Shown here: positions 11,751 to 24,900 of the stretch, piece after piece | Layout of the letters: each line of letters begins with the position of its first letter | Numbering within the stretch: position 1 is the first letter of the stretch | From: an uncultured Bdellovibrio sp. | GTDB lineage: Bacteria > Bdellovibrionota > Bdellovibrionia > Bdellovibrionales > Bdellovibrionaceae | Length of the DNA: 64,000 nt | NCBI GenBank assembly: GCA_963932905.1 | Contig: CAWVRN010000006.1 | Span: 1-64,000, forward strand | Direction of reading: 5' to 3' | Program-made: the position numbers and the translations under genes | Notes under the pieces: model-generated | Database searches by the model: none | Seen by the model: only the letters and a program-made list of their open reading frames with translations | Told to the model about the DNA's origin: nothing

Positions 11751-12569
11751 CTATTTGCGACGCTTCACGATTGAGAAGTTAGTTCGTTTAGAATTACGAG
11801 TTTTGTAACCCTTACAAGGCTGACCCCAAGGAGTTACTGGATGATGTCCTTTACCAACGCCTTCACCACCGCCCAATGGATGATCCACTGGATTCATGTG
11901 CATACCGCGAACAGAAGGACGGATACCTCTCCAACGAGTACGACCTGCTTTACCTAGGTTGATATTTTCGTTGTCAGTATTTCCAACCTGTCCGATAGAA
12001 GCGCGGCAAACAGTTAATACTTGTTTAACCTCGCCAGACGGCATTCTTACTTGGCAATATTTTTCATCTTTAGCTACAAGAACCGCACTCGCGCCGGCAC
12101 CACGACAAACTTGACCACCTTTACCTGGACGCAATTCGATATTGTGAATTGTAGTACCAACTGGGATGTTCTTAAGTTGTAAGCAGTTACCTGGTTTGAT
12201 ATCGGCTTTTTCGCTTGAAGTAACAGTGTCACCAACAGTCAATCCGATTGGAGCCAAGATGTATGCTTTTAATCCATCTACGTAGTGGATCAATGCAATA
12301 CGGCTTGTTCTATACGGATCGTATTCGATCGCCGCTACTTTTGCATCAACATCAAACTTGTTACGTTTGAAATCGATGATACGGTATAGTTTTTTGCTAC
12401 CGCCACCTTGGTGGCGCATTGTAATGCGACCGTAGTTGTTACGAGCGCTATTACGTTTTAATTTCATTGTTAATGACTTTTCTGGTTCAGTTTTAGTGAT
12501 TTCAGAAAAATCGTAACCTGTCATTCCTCTTCGACCATCCGAAGTCGGATTAAATATTTTGATACCCAT
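11751..12569 (-). CDS. rplB: 50S ribosomal protein uL2
   Basis: [21 protein letters not shown]. Confidence 0.99.
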   Translation of the reverse strand: MGIKIFNPTSDGRRGMTGYDFSEITKTEPEKSLTMKLKRNSARNNYGRITMRHQGGGSKKLYRIIDFKRNKFDVDAKVAAIEYDPYRTSRIALIHYVDGLKAYILAPIGLTVGDTVTSSEKADIKPGNCLQLKNIPVGTTIHNIELRPGKGGQVCRGAGASAVLVAKDEKYCQVRMPSGEVKQVLTVCRASIGQVGNTDNENINLGKAGRTRWRGIRPSVRGMHMNPVDHPLGGGEGVGKGHHPVTPWGQPCKGYKTRNSKRTNFSIVKRRK

Positions 12570-12571
12570 TT

Positions 12572-12850
12572 TTATACACCCTCAAACAATGGAATCTTAA
12601 CGCCGCTATCTACTTTAACGAAAACTTTTTTGAAATAAGAAGATGTAACCTTGTTAGTTCTTTTGTTTGTCGCTTTTCTAGAGAAAACCGCAGTTCTGAT
12701 GCCTTTTACTTTAATAGAAAATCTTTTTTCTAAAAAATCTTTGATCATAGTTTTGTCGTAATCAGCATTCGTTTTAAAAACGTATGTTGAATAGTCAGAA
12801 TACTTAGCACTTTTTTCAGTGATTAAAGGATAAAGTTCTAAATTCTTCAT
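12572..12850 (-). CDS. rplW: 50S ribosomal protein uL23 (divergent)
   Basis: PLITEKS, YVFK, KKVFVK; canonical position between rplD and rplB. Confidence 0.92.
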   Translation of the reverse strand: MKNLELYPLITEKSAKYSDYSTYVFKTNADYDKTMIKDFLEKRFSIKVKGIRTAVFSRKATNKRTNKVTSSYFKKVFVKVDSGVKIPLFEGV

Positions 12851-13482
12851 TATTGTTTCTCCGTAGTAACTAAGTTTTTACTTAGGTCTTCGAATGAAGC
12901 TTTAGAGATGATCAAAGCGTCGTATTTCAAAAGATCGAATACGTTCACTGCGCCACTTGGTAAAAACTTAAAGTTTTGTAAGTTTTTAGAAGCTTGATTC
13001 AGCTTTGTGTTTTCAGAAAGATCTGAAAGAACAGCTTTTTTAAAACCTAAACCAGTTAATTGCTTGTTTAGTTTGTTTGTTTTTCCATCTGTAGCCAAAG
13101 TATCAACAACTTTTACTTTATTGTTTTTGATTAAATAAGAAAGAACCATTCTTAAAGCGGTCTTCTTCATTTTCTTAGGCATTACGAAAGAATAATCACG
13201 TGGTTGTGGACCGAAAGTAGTACCACCGCCTGGCATCAATGGAGAACGAGTAGAACCCTGACGAGCATTACCAGTTCCTTTTTGTTTGAATGGCTTTTTA
13301 CCGCCACCACTCACAAGACCTTTTGTTTTAGTCATATGAGTGCCTTGACGTTTACCAGCCAATTGCCATTTCACTACTGAGTGAACCAAGTTATCATTGA
13401 ATTCTACAGAGGCAATGTGTGCTGGAACTTCAGCAGATCCAACTTTTTTATTATCTAGATTTGTTACTTCTAAGCTGCTCAT
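12850..13482 (-). CDS. rplD: 50S ribosomal protein uL4
   Basis: RQGTH, GGGKKPFKQKGTGNARQGS. Confidence 0.99.
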   Translation of the reverse strand: MSSLEVTNLDNKKVGSAEVPAHIASVEFNDNLVHSVVKWQLAGKRQGTHMTKTKGLVSGGGKKPFKQKGTGNARQGSTRSPLMPGGGTTFGPQPRDYSFVMPKKMKKTALRMVLSYLIKNNKVKVVDTLATDGKTNKLNKQLTGLGFKKAVLSDLSENTKLNQASKNLQNFKFLPSGAVNVFDLLKYDALIISKASFEDLSKNLVTTEKQ

Positions 13483-13484
13483 AA

Positions 13485-14129
13485 TTAGGCCTTCACAATC
13501 TTAACAAGGGTGTTTCTCGCTCCAGGAACAGCTCCTCTTACAAGAACAACATTTTCATCCATGTTAACGTCTACGATTTTCAAATTTTTAACAGTGACAG
13601 TTTCGTCACCCCAGTGACCTGGGAATTTCTTACCTGGCATTACGCGACCTGGCCATGTTCTGTTACCAGATGAACCCGGTTGTCTATGGAATTTAGAACC
13701 GTGGGAAGCCGGACCGCCCGCAAAACTCCAACGTTTTACTGAACCAGCAAAACCATGACCTTTAGATTTCGCAGTTACTTTCACTACGTCACCTTTGATC
13801 AAAGAATCTAAGCCTAATTGGTCGCCCAATTTAACTTCGCCCAAGTTATCAACGCGAACTTCACGTACGAATTTGAAAGAAGTTTCATGGCCCATTTTTT
13901 TGAAATGACCAATGTCAGGTTTATTAGAATTTTTTGCTTTTTTAGGCTCGCAAGCCAATTGCAATGCCTGGTAACCATCGTTATCAACAGTTTTAACTTG
14001 TGATACGTACCATGGAGCATATCTAAGAATTGTTACAGGGATCGCTGTGCCAGATTCATCAAACACAGTCGACATACCTTCTTTGAAGGCATAAATTGAG
14101 TTAAGTTTTAAGTTGTTTTCAGACGACAT
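13485..14129 (-). CDS. rplC: 50S ribosomal protein uL3
   Basis: SKGHGFAG, GGPASHGS, GAVPGA. Confidence 0.99.
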   Translation of the reverse strand: MSSENNLKLNSIYAFKEGMSTVFDESGTAIPVTILRYAPWYVSQVKTVDNDGYQALQLACEPKKAKNSNKPDIGHFKKMGHETSFKFVREVRVDNLGEVKLGDQLGLDSLIKGDVVKVTAKSKGHGFAGSVKRWSFAGGPASHGSKFHRQPGSSGNRTWPGRVMPGKKFPGHWGDETVTVKNLKIVDVNMDENVVLVRGAVPGARNTLVKIVKA

Positions 14130-14139
14130 TTTTCACACC

Positions 14140-14457
14140 TTACTTGGCAGATAGTTTAATTTCTACGTCTACACCCGCAGACAGATCTAGCTTCATCAAT
14201 TGATCGATCGTTTGCTGAGTTGGTTCTAGGATATCTAACATACGTTTGTGAGTTCTGATTTCGAACTGCTCACGAGATTTTTTATCTACGTGTGGTGAAC
14301 GAAGAACTGTATAACGGTTGATACGTGTTGGTAGAGGAATTGGTCCAGCGACTTTAGCGCCAGTTCTTCTAGCAGTATCAACGATTTCTTTTGTAGATTG
14401 ATCAAGTAACTTATGATCAAAGGCTTTAAGCCTGATTCTAATTTTTTGACTGTTCAT
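14140..14457 (-). CDS. rpsJ: 30S ribosomal protein uS10
   Basis: [31 protein letters not shown]. Confidence 0.99.
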   Translation of the reverse strand: MNSQKIRIRLKAFDHKLLDQSTKEIVDTARRTGAKVAGPIPLPTRINRYTVLRSPHVDKKSREQFEIRTHKRMLDILEPTQQTIDQLMKLDLSAGVDVEIKLSAK

Positions 14458-14593
14458 AGCACTCTCTGTGTTAATGTACTTTTTCTTTGTACTTTATTTC
14501 TACGCGTTTCTTCACTGATTTAGCCCCATCAAAAGCTTGATCCCCAAATAAGAAGTGAGGGAACTTTCTGTAGGCATATTTTCAGGATTCGTG

Positions 14594-14622
14594 AATATTT
14601 ACAAATTAGGAGAATAAGTCAA
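14594..14622 (-). promoter_or_regulatory. Putative S10-operon promoter (TTGACT-N17-AATATT)
   Basis: Lies just after the fusA stop, ~130 nt upstream of rpsJ. Confidence 0.5.
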
Positions 14623-14630
14623 CGTTTTTT

Positions 14631-16739
14631 TTAGCGACCTAAAGAATTTAGAATTTCAGCTAAGATTTTCGGGTTCACCGAAGCGTATTGAAAAAATTCC
14701 ATTGAGAAGCTAGCGCGGCCTTGACTCAAGCTTCTGACGTCAGTTGCGTAACCAAAAAGTTTTTCAAGAGGAATCTCGGCAGAGATAACTTGAATGCCCT
14801 GACTCTTCATCTCGATAGAGTTGATTTTACCACGGCGGGCATTAATATCGCTTACGACGCCACCTGTATTCTGCTCAGGACAGTTAACTTCAACCTTAAA
14901 GATAGGCTCAACAAGCTCGCACGCAGAAGCCTTCAGGGCGTCTTTAAATGCATACATAGTCGCCGTCTTAAACGCTAATTCAGATAGAGCCTCTTTTCTA
15001 AGCTCCATAGAGATTAAAGTGCACTTAATGCCGATCAGTGGCAACCCCGCCTTAACTCCAACCTCCGCAGACTCACGGAACCCGTCTTCCACGGCTTTAA
15101 GGATATCTTGCGTGAAATCTTTAGTCAGAGCCACATTAGATTTAAACTCAAGGCCTTTATCGTATGGAATCTGTTCGATTTTGATGTCTACGCGAGCAAA
15201 ATGGTTCTCGCCAGCGATTTCGCGCTCAAATGTATAAGAGGCATTGGCTGATTTTGTAATAACTTCGCGGTAGGAAACTTGTGGCTTACCGGTATTAACT
15301 GCAATTTTGAATTCGCGCTTAAGACGATCAAGCAGGATCTCAAGATGAAGCTCACCCATACCATAAAGTAACGTCTGCCCTGTTTCCGGGTCAGTTTTCA
15401 GACGGCAAGAGGGATCTTCACGTTCCAGCTTTTGAAGGGCTGTGATCATTTTTTCTTGGTCGCTAGACGATTTCGGCTCAACTACTAGAGAGATCACTGG
15501 TTCTGGAGATTTAATCGACTCAAGAGCCACAACGCGTTTGTCGCTGCACAGAGTATCGCCTGTACCAGATAATTTTAGACCGATAACAGCACCGATATCA
15601 CCCGCACTTAAAGATTGAATCTCTTCGCGATGGTTCGCATGCATTTTAAGTAGTTTTTGAATTTTCTCACGTTTGTTCAAACGAGGGTTCATTACCGTAT
15701 CGCCCACATTGAGTTGACCACCGTAGGCGCGTACATACGTTAAGTTTCCAGAGAAAGGGTCATTGGCGATTTTAAATGCTAAACCACAAAATGGATCTTG
15801 AGAGTTAACTTTGATTTCCACCGACTCAGATGTATGCAGAGACGTACCGTATACAACTTCGCGATCCAGTGGAGATGGAAGGTAGTCAATAACGCCATCA
15901 AGAAGAGGCTGAATACCTTTATTCTTAAAAGCAGAACCACAGAAAACTGGGAATGCTTTTAATTTTAACACCGAATTTCTAAGCGAAGTTTTTAATTGCT
16001 CAAGCGTTAGATCTCCACCGTTAAGGTAGACATCAAGCAGGGCATCATCTAACTCGACAATTTTTTCGATTACTTTGCTACGGTAGGATTTAACTTCTTC
16101 GATATTTTCAGCGGGGATTTCGACAGTTTTAAATGTCTCGCCCATTTTAGACGATGAGTCTTCCCACAAAAATAACTTCATATCTAAAAGATCAATCACA
16201 CCGGTAAATTTGTCTTCAGTTCCATATGGAATTTGCACTGGAATTGGGTTTGCGCCCAATTTAGTTTCGATCGATTTAACTGACATGAAAAAATCAGCAC
16301 CTACTTTATCCATTTTATTGATAAAGCAGATACGAGGAACTCTATATTTATTAGCTTGTCGCCAAACGGTTTCAGATTGTGGCTCAACCCCATTTGCAGC
16401 ATCAAAAACAGCGATAGCACCATCAAGAACGCGAAGTGAGCGTTCTACTTCAATAGTGAAATCCACGTGCCCCGGAGTATCAATGAGATTAAATTTATAG
16501 TTTTTCCAGGTTAATGAGGTAGCGGCCGAAGTGATAGTGATACCACGTTCTTGTTCTTGAACCATCCAGTCCATGGTGGTGTTACCATCATGAACTTCGC
16601 CGATTTTATGATTTTTACCTGAGTAGAAAAGAATTCGTTCGGACGTGGTAGTTTTACCAGCGTCGATGTGAGCCGCAATTCCGATATTTCTGCTGTAGAA
16701 TAATTCTTTATCTGAATTGGGCCCTTTAGCGGACATCAA
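14631..16739 (-). CDS. fusA: Elongation factor G family GTPase, divergent domain IV (EF-G2/recycling type)
   Basis: [32 protein letters not shown] present; KQSGG and YHDVDS motifs absent. Confidence 0.95.
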   Translation of the reverse strand: MMSAKGPNSDKELFYSRNIGIAAHIDAGKTTTSERILFYSGKNHKIGEVHDGNTTMDWMVQEQERGITITSAATSLTWKNYKFNLIDTPGHVDFTIEVERSLRVLDGAIAVFDAANGVEPQSETVWRQANKYRVPRICFINKMDKVGADFFMSVKSIETKLGANPIPVQIPYGTEDKFTGVIDLLDMKLFLWEDSSSKMGETFKTVEIPAENIEEVKSYRSKVIEKIVELDDALLDVYLNGGDLTLEQLKTSLRNSVLKLKAFPVFCGSAFKNKGIQPLLDGVIDYLPSPLDREVVYGTSLHTSESVEIKVNSQDPFCGLAFKIANDPFSGNLTYVRAYGGQLNVGDTVMNPRLNKREKIQKLLKMHANHREEIQSLSAGDIGAVIGLKLSGTGDTLCSDKRVVALESIKSPEPVISLVVEPKSSSDQEKMITALQKLEREDPSCRLKTDPETGQTLLYGMGELHLEILLDRLKREFKIAVNTGKPQVSYREVITKSANASYTFEREIAGENHFARVDIKIEQIPYDKGLEFKSNVALTKDFTQDILKAVEDGFRESAEVGVKAGLPLIGIKCTLISMELRKEALSELAFKTATMYAFKDALKASACELVEPIFKVEVNCPEQNTGGVVSDINARRGKINSIEMKSQGIQVISAEIPLEKLFGYATDVRSLSQGRASFSMEFFQYASVNPKILAEILNSLGR

Positions 16740-16741
16740 TA

Positions 16742-17215
16742 TTACCAGTTGTAGTGAGAGAATGCCTTGTTGGCTTCAGCTTGTTTGTGAACGTCTTCAC
16801 GTTTTTTGATCGCATTACCTTTGTTGTTGTAAGCATCTAAAACTTCACCAGCTAAACGCTTAGCAAAATTCTTTTCGCCACGTGAACGAGAGAAATCGAT
16901 CAACCATTTCATCGCTAATGAAAGACGACGTGTAGGGCGAACATCCACTGGAACTTGGTATGTAGCTCCACCTACGCGGCGTGAACGCACTTCGATAGAT
17001 GGCTTAGTGTTTTCAATAGCTTTTTTCAAAACGTTTACTGGCTCTTCATTAGGTACTTTGCCTTTAAGCTCATCAAGAGCTCCGTAGAAAAGACTTTGAG
17101 CCGTCGCTTTTTTACCTTGAATAGTCATCTTGTTGATGAATTTTGCGAAAACTAAATCGCGGTAAACTGGATCTGGGATAATTTCACGTTTAAACGTTTT
17201 TTTTCTTCTAGACAT
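16742..17215 (-). CDS. rpsG: 30S ribosomal protein uS7
   Basis: [21 protein letters not shown]. Confidence 0.99.
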   Translation of the reverse strand: MSRRKKTFKREIIPDPVYRDLVFAKFINKMTIQGKKATAQSLFYGALDELKGKVPNEEPVNVLKKAIENTKPSIEVRSRRVGGATYQVPVDVRPTRRLSLAMKWLIDFSRSRGEKNFAKRLAGEVLDAYNNKGNAIKKREDVHKQAEANKAFSHYNW

Positions 17216-17251
17216 GTTTCAATATTCCTTGTTTCTAAACTGTAATTCTAA

Positions 17252-17626
17252 TTATTTCTTAGGGCGTTTAGTACCGTATTTAGAACGGCTTCTAAGTCTT
17301 CCGTTTACGCCTTGTAAGTCAAGAACGCCACGAACGATATGGTAACGAACACCCGGAAGATCTTTTACCCTGCCGCCACGAATAAGAACAACGCTATGTT
17401 CTTGCAAGTTGTGACCGATACCTGGGATGTAAGAGATAACTTCATAACCATTAGAAAGACGAACTTTTGCCACTTTACGTAACGCTGAGTTTGGTTTCTT
17501 TGGAGTTGTCGTATAAACACGAGTACAAACGCCTCTTTTTTGAGGGCATGAAGCCAATGCAGGCGACTTAGTCTGGCTCTTTTGTTGAACTCTCTCACGT
17601 TTGATTAACTGATTAATAGTTGGCAC
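17252..17626 (-). CDS. rpsL: 30S ribosomal protein uS12
   Basis: [24 protein letters not shown]. Confidence 0.99.
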   Translation of the reverse strand: MPTINQLIKRERVQQKSQTKSPALASCPQKRGVCTRVYTTTPKKPNSALRKVAKVRLSNGYEVISYIPGIGHNLQEHSVVLIRGGRVKDLPGVRYHIVRGVLDLQGVNGRLRSRSKYGTKRPKK

Positions 17627-17650
17627 ACTTTCTCCTTCAAAATCTACGCT

Positions 17651-17679
17651 TAAATATCTAAATCAACAATGCCCGTCAA
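17651..17679 (-). promoter_or_regulatory. Putative str-operon promoter (TTGACG-N17-TATTTA)
   Basis: 17-nt spacing upstream of the rpsL SD (GAAGGAG). Confidence 0.5.
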
Positions 17680-17725
17680 GACCTAACTTTAGGGACATGA
17701 TAAAATCTGTATAAGATCTATTATA

Positions 17726-17753
17726 GAACCCGCTGGTTTTTACTAGCGGGTTC
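17726..17753 (-). terminator. Hairpin/terminator after rpoC
   Basis: GAACCCGCTGG / CTAGCGGGTTC inverted repeat; weak U-tract. Confidence 0.65.
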
Positions 17754-17763
17754 GAAATAGGCC

Positions 17764-20700
17764 CTATCTTGCTGACATTGTCATGCCAGGAAGAGCTGCT
17801 TCCATTTCCATTTCTTCGTCTTCAGTAATGATTACTTTCCAACGTTTGTAAGAAGATAGACCTGTACCAGCAGGGATCAAGCGACCCATGATAATATTTT
17901 CTTTAAGACCACGTAAATGGTCAGTTTTTGAATTAATTGCAGCATCCGTAAGAACTTTTGTAGTCTCTTGGAATGATGCCGCAGAAATCCAGCTTTCAGT
18001 GCTCAATGAAACTTTAGTGATACCAAGCAATAAAGGTTTGAACGTTGCTTGAACGCCGCCTTCTTGAAGTACACGTTGGTTTTCTAGATTTAATGAAAAC
18101 TTTTCAACTTGCTCACCAGCTAAGAAGCGAGTGTCACCAGCATCTACGATTTCTACTTTACGTAGCATTTGACGAACGATTGTCTCGATATGCTTATCGT
18201 TGATGTTAACACCTTGTAGACGATAAACTTCTTGAATTTCGTTTGTTAAGTACGCTGATAATTCTTTTTCACCCAATACCGCAAGGATATCATGTGGATT
18301 TGTTGGACCATCCATTAATGGTTCACCCGCTCGGACGAATTCACCTTCACGAACGGCTACGTGTTTACCTTTTGGAATTAGGTATTCACGTTGTTCACCA
18401 ACATCTGGAGTTACGATAACACGTTGTTTACCTTTAACGTCTTTACCGAAAGTTACATAACCATCGATTTCAGAGATGATAGACGCTTCTTTAGGTTTAC
18501 GCGCTTCAAACAATTCAGCAACACGAGGAAGACCCCCAGTGATGTCTCTTGTTTTAGAAGTTTCTCTATGGATCTTCGCGATCACATCACCGGCAAATAC
18601 TTCTTGTCCGTCGACCACAAGTAATTGTGCGCCAACTGGGATAGAGTATCTTGCTGGAATATCACGACCAGGAAGATTTAACTGTTTACCATTTTTATCA
18701 AGCAACATGACTGTCGGTTTAACATCAGACGATTTAGATTCAGTGATAACTTTCGTAGCGAAACCAGTCACCGCATCCACTTGCTCTGTCATTGTCGTAC
18801 CTTCTTCAATATCTTGATATTGAACGGTAGCAGTTACTTCCGAGATAATTGGATTTGAGTACGGATCCCACTCAGCAACAACAGATCCTTTTTGAACCTT
18901 GTCGCCTTCTTTGTAATTAAGAATCGCACCGTAAACTAATTTGAATCGTTCACGCTCACGACCAGACTCATCAATAACAAGAGCATCACAGTTACGATTT
19001 AGAACTGTTAGTTTTCCTGATTTATTAACAACAGACTGAACATTGTGAAGCTTCAAAGTACCTTCATAACGTGAAGTATGAACCGATTGTTCAACTGCAC
19101 GAGACGCCGCACCACCTAAGTGGAATGTACGCATTGTTAACTGTGTACCTGGCTCACCAATCGATTGAGCTGCAATAATACCTACTGTTTCACCTAAGTT
19201 CACAGTCGCACCACGAGCTAAATCTCGGCCGTAACATTTTACACAAACGCCACGTTGAGTTTTACAAGTTAATGCTGAACGGATTTCAACTTTTTCAATA
19301 CCAGCGGCATCTATGCGTTTGATAGCGGCTTCGTCGATTTCATCATTTGCTTTCACGACAACTTTGTTAGTCACAGGATCTAAAATGTCTCTTTGAGCTG
19401 TACGGCCCAAGATACGATCAGACAATGGCTGAATGATTTCACCTGATTCAAATAGTGGAGTTACTTCTAATCCATCATCAACTCCGCAATCGATTTCAGA
19501 AACAACAACGTCTTGAGCTACGTCAACTAGACGACGAGTTAAGTATCCTGAGTTCGCTGTTTTCAATGCTGTATCGGCCAAACCTTTACGAGCACCGTGA
19601 GTAGAAATGAAGTATTGATGAACTGTTAAACCTTCACGGAAGTTAGCCGTGATTGGTGTTTCGATGATTTCGCCTGATGGTTTCGCCATCAGACCACGCA
19701 TACCGCCAAGCTGTCTGATCTGATTCGCAGAACCCCGGGCACCGGAGTCAGCCATAATGAAGATCGAGTTGAATGATGGTTCGATTGTTTCTTTGCCATT
19801 GATGACGAACTTTTGTTTTTCAATTTGGTTCATCATTTCTTTAGCAACTTTATCACCCGTTTGGGCCCAAATATCCACAACCTTATTGTAGCGCTCACCG
19901 TCTGTGATCAAACCTTCGTCATACTGATGTTGAATTTCTTCAACTTGAGTTTGAGCGTCTTTGATCATTTGGTTTTTAGATTCTGGAATAATCATATCGT
20001 CGATACAAATCGACATACCCGCGCCCGTTGAGTATTTGAAACCCAATTCCATAATTTTATCGGCTAGGATACATGTCGCTTTAGCACCAGCAACACGGAA
20101 TGTTTTATCGATAAGACCTGCGATAGATTTTTTAGTCATCACAGTGTTCACTTCAGCAAATGGAACTTCTTTAGGTACCACATCTGACATGATCGCACGG
20201 CCGATTGATGTTTGTTCTACTTTGCCGTTGATTTTAACTTTACATACCGATTGTAGATCCGCGATTCCAGTTTCGTGTGCGTACTGAGCTTCTTGAACTG
20301 AGGAGTAATATTTTCCAGTTCCTTTAGCGCCAGGGCGTGTACGAGTTAACCAGTAAAGCCCCAAAACAACGTCCTGAGATGGATTGATGATTGGTTTACC
20401 ATTCGCTGGAGATAAGATGTTATTAGTCGACATCATAAGAACGCGAGCTTCTACTTGCGCTTCTACTGACAACGGAACGTGAACGGCCATTTGGTCACCG
20501 TCGAAATCGGCGTTGAACGCCGTACAAACTAACGGATGCAATTGGATCGCTTTACCTTCATGTAATAAAGGTTCGAAAGCTTGAATACCTAGTCTGTGAA
20601 GAGTAGGCGCACGGTTTAACATTACCGGATGTTCTTTAACGACATCAGATAAAATATCCCATACTTCTACTGTTTCTTGATCAACTAAGCGTTTAGCTTG

Positions 20701-21885
20701 CTTGATAGTTGTTGCAAAACCTTTTTCTTCCAATTTGTTGTAAACAAATGGTTTGAATAGCTCCAAAGCCATTTTCTTAGGAAGACCGCATTGGTGTAAT
20801 TTCAAGTTAGGACCAACTACGATAACCGAACGACCAGAGTAGTCGACGCGTTTACCAAGTAAGTTCTGACGGAAACGACCTTGCTTACCTTTTAACATGT
20901 CAGAAAGTGAGCGAAGAGGGCGTTTATTTGGACCAGTGAATGTTTTACCGCGACGACCGTTATCTAGTAACGCATCAACCGCTTCTTGCAACATACGTTT
21001 TTCATTGCGGATGATAATGTCTGGAGCGTTTAGTTCTTGTAGACGACGTAACCGGTTATTTCTGTTGATAACACGACGGTAAAGATCATTTAGATCTGAA
21101 GTCGCGAAACGACCACCATCAAGAGGAACTAGAGGACGTAAATCAGGAGGCAATACAGGTAGAGCCTCAAGCATCATCCATTCTGGTTTGTTGATAGAGA
21201 TTTTGAAAGCTTCAACAACTTTCAAACGTTTAGATAATTTTTTAATTTGCGCATCAGATTTCGTTTCACGGATTTCCATGCGTAATTTCTTAGATAAATA
21301 TTCTAGATCGATCTTTCTTAAAAGTTCACGAACGGCTTCTCCACCCATACCAGCACGGAAACTTGGACCGTAATCGTTAAGAGCAGCTTGGTAAGCTTCT
21401 TCCAACAATACGCTACCTTCTTCAAGTGGAGTGTCTTGAGGGTCGATAACCACATACGCTTCACAGTAAAGAACTTTTTCAACATCTTTCAATGAAAGGT
21501 TTAATAAGTTACCAATACGAGAAGGTAATGAACGTAAGAACCAAATATGAGCAACCGGAGTTGCTAATTCGATATGACCTAAACGTTCACGGCGAACTTT
21601 AGTTTGAGTGACTTCAACGCCACACTTTTCGCACACAACGCCACGGTATTTCATACGTTTGTATTTACCGCATAAGCATTCGTAATCTTTGATTGGACCA
21701 AAGATTTTTGCGCAGAAAAGACCATCACGCTCTGGTTTGAACGTACGGTAGTTGATTGTCTCAGGCTTTTTAACTTCGCCATATGACCATTCTCTGATCA
21801 TTTCAGGTGAAGCCAAAGACACTCGTACCGAGTCAAACGAAAGTGGATCTTTTGGTTTATCGAAAAAGTTTAATAAATCTCTCAA
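17764..21885 (-). CDS. rpoC: RNA polymerase beta-prime subunit
   Basis: [12 protein letters not shown] catalytic motif, N-terminal Zn-binding Cys residues. Confidence 0.99.
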   Translation of the reverse strand: MRDLLNFFDKPKDPLSFDSVRVSLASPEMIREWSYGEVKKPETINYRTFKPERDGLFCAKIFGPIKDYECLCGKYKRMKYRGVVCEKCGVEVTQTKVRRERLGHIELATPVAHIWFLRSLPSRIGNLLNLSLKDVEKVLYCEAYVVIDPQDTPLEEGSVLLEEAYQAALNDYGPSFRAGMGGEAVRELLRKIDLEYLSKKLRMEIRETKSDAQIKKLSKRLKVVEAFKISINKPEWMMLEALPVLPPDLRPLVPLDGGRFATSDLNDLYRRVINRNNRLRRLQELNAPDIIIRNEKRMLQEAVDALLDNGRRGKTFTGPNKRPLRSLSDMLKGKQGRFRQNLLGKRVDYSGRSVIVVGPNLKLHQCGLPKKMALELFKPFVYNKLEEKGFATTIKQAKRLVDQETVEVWDILSDVVKEHPVMLNRAPTLHRLGIQAFEPLLHEGKAIQLHPLVCTAFNADFDGDQMAVHVPLSVEAQVEARVLMMSTNNILSPANGKPIINPSQDVVLGLYWLTRTRPGAKGTGKYYSSVQEAQYAHETGIADLQSVCKVKINGKVEQTSIGRAIMSDVVPKEVPFAEVNTVMTKKSIAGLIDKTFRVAGAKATCILADKIMELGFKYSTGAGMSICIDDMIIPESKNQMIKDAQTQVEEIQHQYDEGLITDGERYNKVVDIWAQTGDKVAKEMMNQIEKQKFVINGKETIEPSFNSIFIMADSGARGSANQIRQLGGMRGLMAKPSGEIIETPITANFREGLTVHQYFISTHGARKGLADTALKTANSGYLTRRLVDVAQDVVVSEIDCGVDDGLEVTPLFESGEIIQPLSDRILGRTAQRDILDPVTNKVVVKANDEIDEAAIKRIDAAGIEKVEIRSALTCKTQRGVCVKCYGRDLARGATVNLGETVGIIAAQSIGEPGTQLTMRTFHLGGAASRAVEQSVHTSRYEGTLKLHNVQSVVNKSGKLTVLNRNCDALVIDESGRERERFKLVYGAILNYKEGDKVQKGSVVAEWDPYSNPIISEVTATVQYQDIEEGTTMTEQVDAVTGFATKVITESKSSDVKPTVMLLDKNGKQLNLPGRDIPARYSIPVGAQLLVVDGQEVFAGDVIAKIHRETSKTRDITGGLPRVAELFEARKPKEASIISEIDGYVTFGKDVKGKQRVIVTPDVGEQREYLIPKGKHVAVREGEFVRAGEPLMDGPTNPHDILAVLGEKELSAYLTNEIQEVYRLQGVNINDKHIETIVRQMLRKVEIVDAGDTRFLAGEQVEKFSLNLENQRVLQEGGVQATFKPLLLGITKVSLSTESWISAASFQETTKVLTDAAINSKTDHLRGLKENIIMGRLIPAGTGLSSYKRWKVIITEDEEMEMEAALPGMTMSAR

Positions 21886-21902
21886 TCTGAACCTCTTTTA
21901 AA

Positions 21903-24900
21903 TTAGTGCTTTGGTGCTTCAGAAGATAAATCTTCTTCAGTTGTTTCTTCTTCCTGCTTGTCTGTCAAAATATCAGATTCAACAAGCTGGACATTTAGTG
22001 CTAGCGATTGCAACTCTTTCACGAGAACGTTGAATGATTCAGGTAATCCTGGCTCAAGAATGTTTTCGCCTTTTACGATGCTTTCGTACATACGTGTTCT
22101 TCCCGCTACGTCATCCGACTTAACAGTTAAGAATTCTTGTAGAGAGTAAGCGGCACCGTAAGCTTCGATTGCCCAAACCTCCATCTCTCCTAGACGCTGA
22201 CCACCGAACTGAGCTTTACCGCCCAGGGGTTGTTGCGAAACAAGTGAGTAAGGCCCAATAGAACGAGCGTGAATCTTCTCTTCAACCAAGTGATGTAGTT
22301 TCAACATGTACATGATACCTACAGTTACCGGATTGGTGAATGGCTCGCCCGAACGACCGTCGAATAGGATTGTTTGTCCTCTTTCTGGTAATTCCGCCTT
22401 TTTAAGAAGATTTTTGATATCTGCCTCAGACGCGCCGTCGAACACTGGAGTGTCAACATGAACGCCGTACTTCACAGATTTCAAAATTTTCTTTAAAGAC
22501 TCTTCATCTGCAGAATCAATTTTCGCAGAAATTTCAGCGTCGTCGTAAATGTTTTTCAATTCTTTTCTGAAGCCTTCTTTATCCCAATTATCGAGATAAC
22601 GGCTAATTTGGTTACCCAAACTTTGCGCTGCCCAGCCCAAGTGAACTTCAAGAATCTGACCGATATTCATACGAGATGGAACCCCTAGTGGATTCAAGAC
22701 CATGTCTACTGGCGAACCATCAGCTAGGTAAGGCATGTCTTCCACAGGAAGAACTTTAGAAACCACACCCTTATTTCCGTGGCGGCCGGCGAATTTATCA
22801 CCGACTTGCAATTTACGCTTAATAGCTACGTAAACTTTAACCATTTTGATTACGCCCGGAGGAAGTTCGTCACCTTTTTTCAAGCGATCGATCTTCTCGT
22901 TGAATACCATTTTAACTGCATCCAATTGGTTACGAGCACTATCCACGATTTTAGCAACTTGGAATTCCAAATCACTTTCAAGAGGGATGTAGCTTAATAA
23001 TTCAAATGGAATTGTTTCAAGGTCTGCATTTGTGATGTCTTGACCTTTATTCAATAATTTCTGAGATCCATCTTCATTCAATAGAACGCCAGTTGTTTTC
23101 TTACCAACTAGGATTGAACGTAATTTTTCAATCGCGTTATTTTTGATAACGTTGATCTCAACCGATAAATCTTTCTCTAATTTTTTCTTTTTCTCTTCAA
23201 TGATGACACTTAAACGTTCATCGCGCTCAGACCCCTCACGAGAGTATACTTGAGCATCGATAACTGTACCGTAAACACCAGATGGAACTCTTAATGAAGT
23301 ATCGCGAACGTCGCCGGCTTTTTCACCGAAGATCGCGCGAAGAAGTTTTTCTTCAGGAGATAATTGAGTTTCACCTTTTGGAGTTACTTTACCTACTAGA
23401 ATCGTTCCAGGGCGAACATCCGCACCGATGCGAACGATACCTGAAGTATCTAGATCTTTAAGCGCTTCTTCACCTACGTTAGCGATATCGCGAGAAATCT
23501 CTTCCTTACCCAGTTTAGTATCACGAGCGATACATTCGAATTCTTCGATATGGATCGAAGTGTATGTATCATCATGCAATAAACGTTCAGAAATAAGGAT
23601 AGAATCCTCGAAGTTATAACCCATCCAAGGAGTGAACGCGACTCGGATATTTTGACCCAGAGCCAATTCACCCAATTCAGTAGATGGACCGTCAGCGATA
23701 ATGTCGTTTTTCTTAACTTTATCACCAGTTTTAACAATAGGCTTCTGATTGAAGCATGTATTTTGATTTGTACGTTGGTACTTGATCAAGTTGTAGATAT
23801 CTACGTTGGCACCCAGTTCTCCGCCTTTTGCAAAACGACGAACAACGATACGAGATGCATCGATTTCTTCAACGATACCGTCATTGATAGCAACAACAGA
23901 TGTACCAGAGTCACGAGCAACTAAACGCTCAACACCCGTTCCAACTAGTGGAGCGCGTGAACGCAATAAAGGAACTGCTTGACGTTGCATGTTCGATCCC
24001 ATCAAGGCACGGTTGGCATCGTCATGCTCAAGGAACGGAATCAAAGAAGCGGCGATAGAAACCAATTGAGATGGAGATACTTCCATCAAAGTTACTTTAT
24101 CTTTATCAACAAGCTCATACTCACCGTCTTTACGGACTGTTACGTTCGCCTGATCGATAATATTTGAAGCCATATTATCACGAGTCGCCTGAGCGATCGA
24201 GTGACCTGCTTCTTCAAGTGCAGATGTATAAGAAATTGTAGTAGAGATTTTACCTTCTTCTACTTTTCTGTATGGAGTTTCAATGAAACCGTAATTGTTA
24301 ATACGTGCGTATGTAGCTAACGAGGCGATAAGACCGATGTTTGGTCCCTCTGGCGTTTCGATTGGGCAGATACGGCCGTAATGCGTAGGATGAACGTCAC
24401 GAACTTCGAAGCCCGCGCGATCACGAGTCAAACCACCAGGTCCAAGAGCTGAAAGACGACGTTTGTGCGTAATTTCAGAAAGGGGGTTCGTTTGATCCAT
24501 GAATTGAGATAATTGCGAAGCGCCAAAGAATTCTTTAACAACCGCGTTCACCGGTTTAGCGTTAACTAAATCGTGAGGCATCATTGTCTCAACGTCTTGT
24601 AGAGACATACGTTCGCGGATTGCACGCTCCATACGAACCAAACCAATACGGTATTGGTTTTCTAGCAACTCACCTACGGAACGAACACGACGATTACCTA
24701 AGTGATCGATATCATCTACAACACCTTTACCGTTTTTCAAATCGATCAACGTTTTAACAGTTGAAAGAATGTCGTGCTTAGTTAGCACGCGGAAAGATGG
24801 AGGAACTTCATCCATGCTGATGTTGAATTTGTGATTGATTTTGATACGACCCACTTCAGATAAGTCATAAGTTTCAGGATCGAAGAATAGTTTTTCAAAG

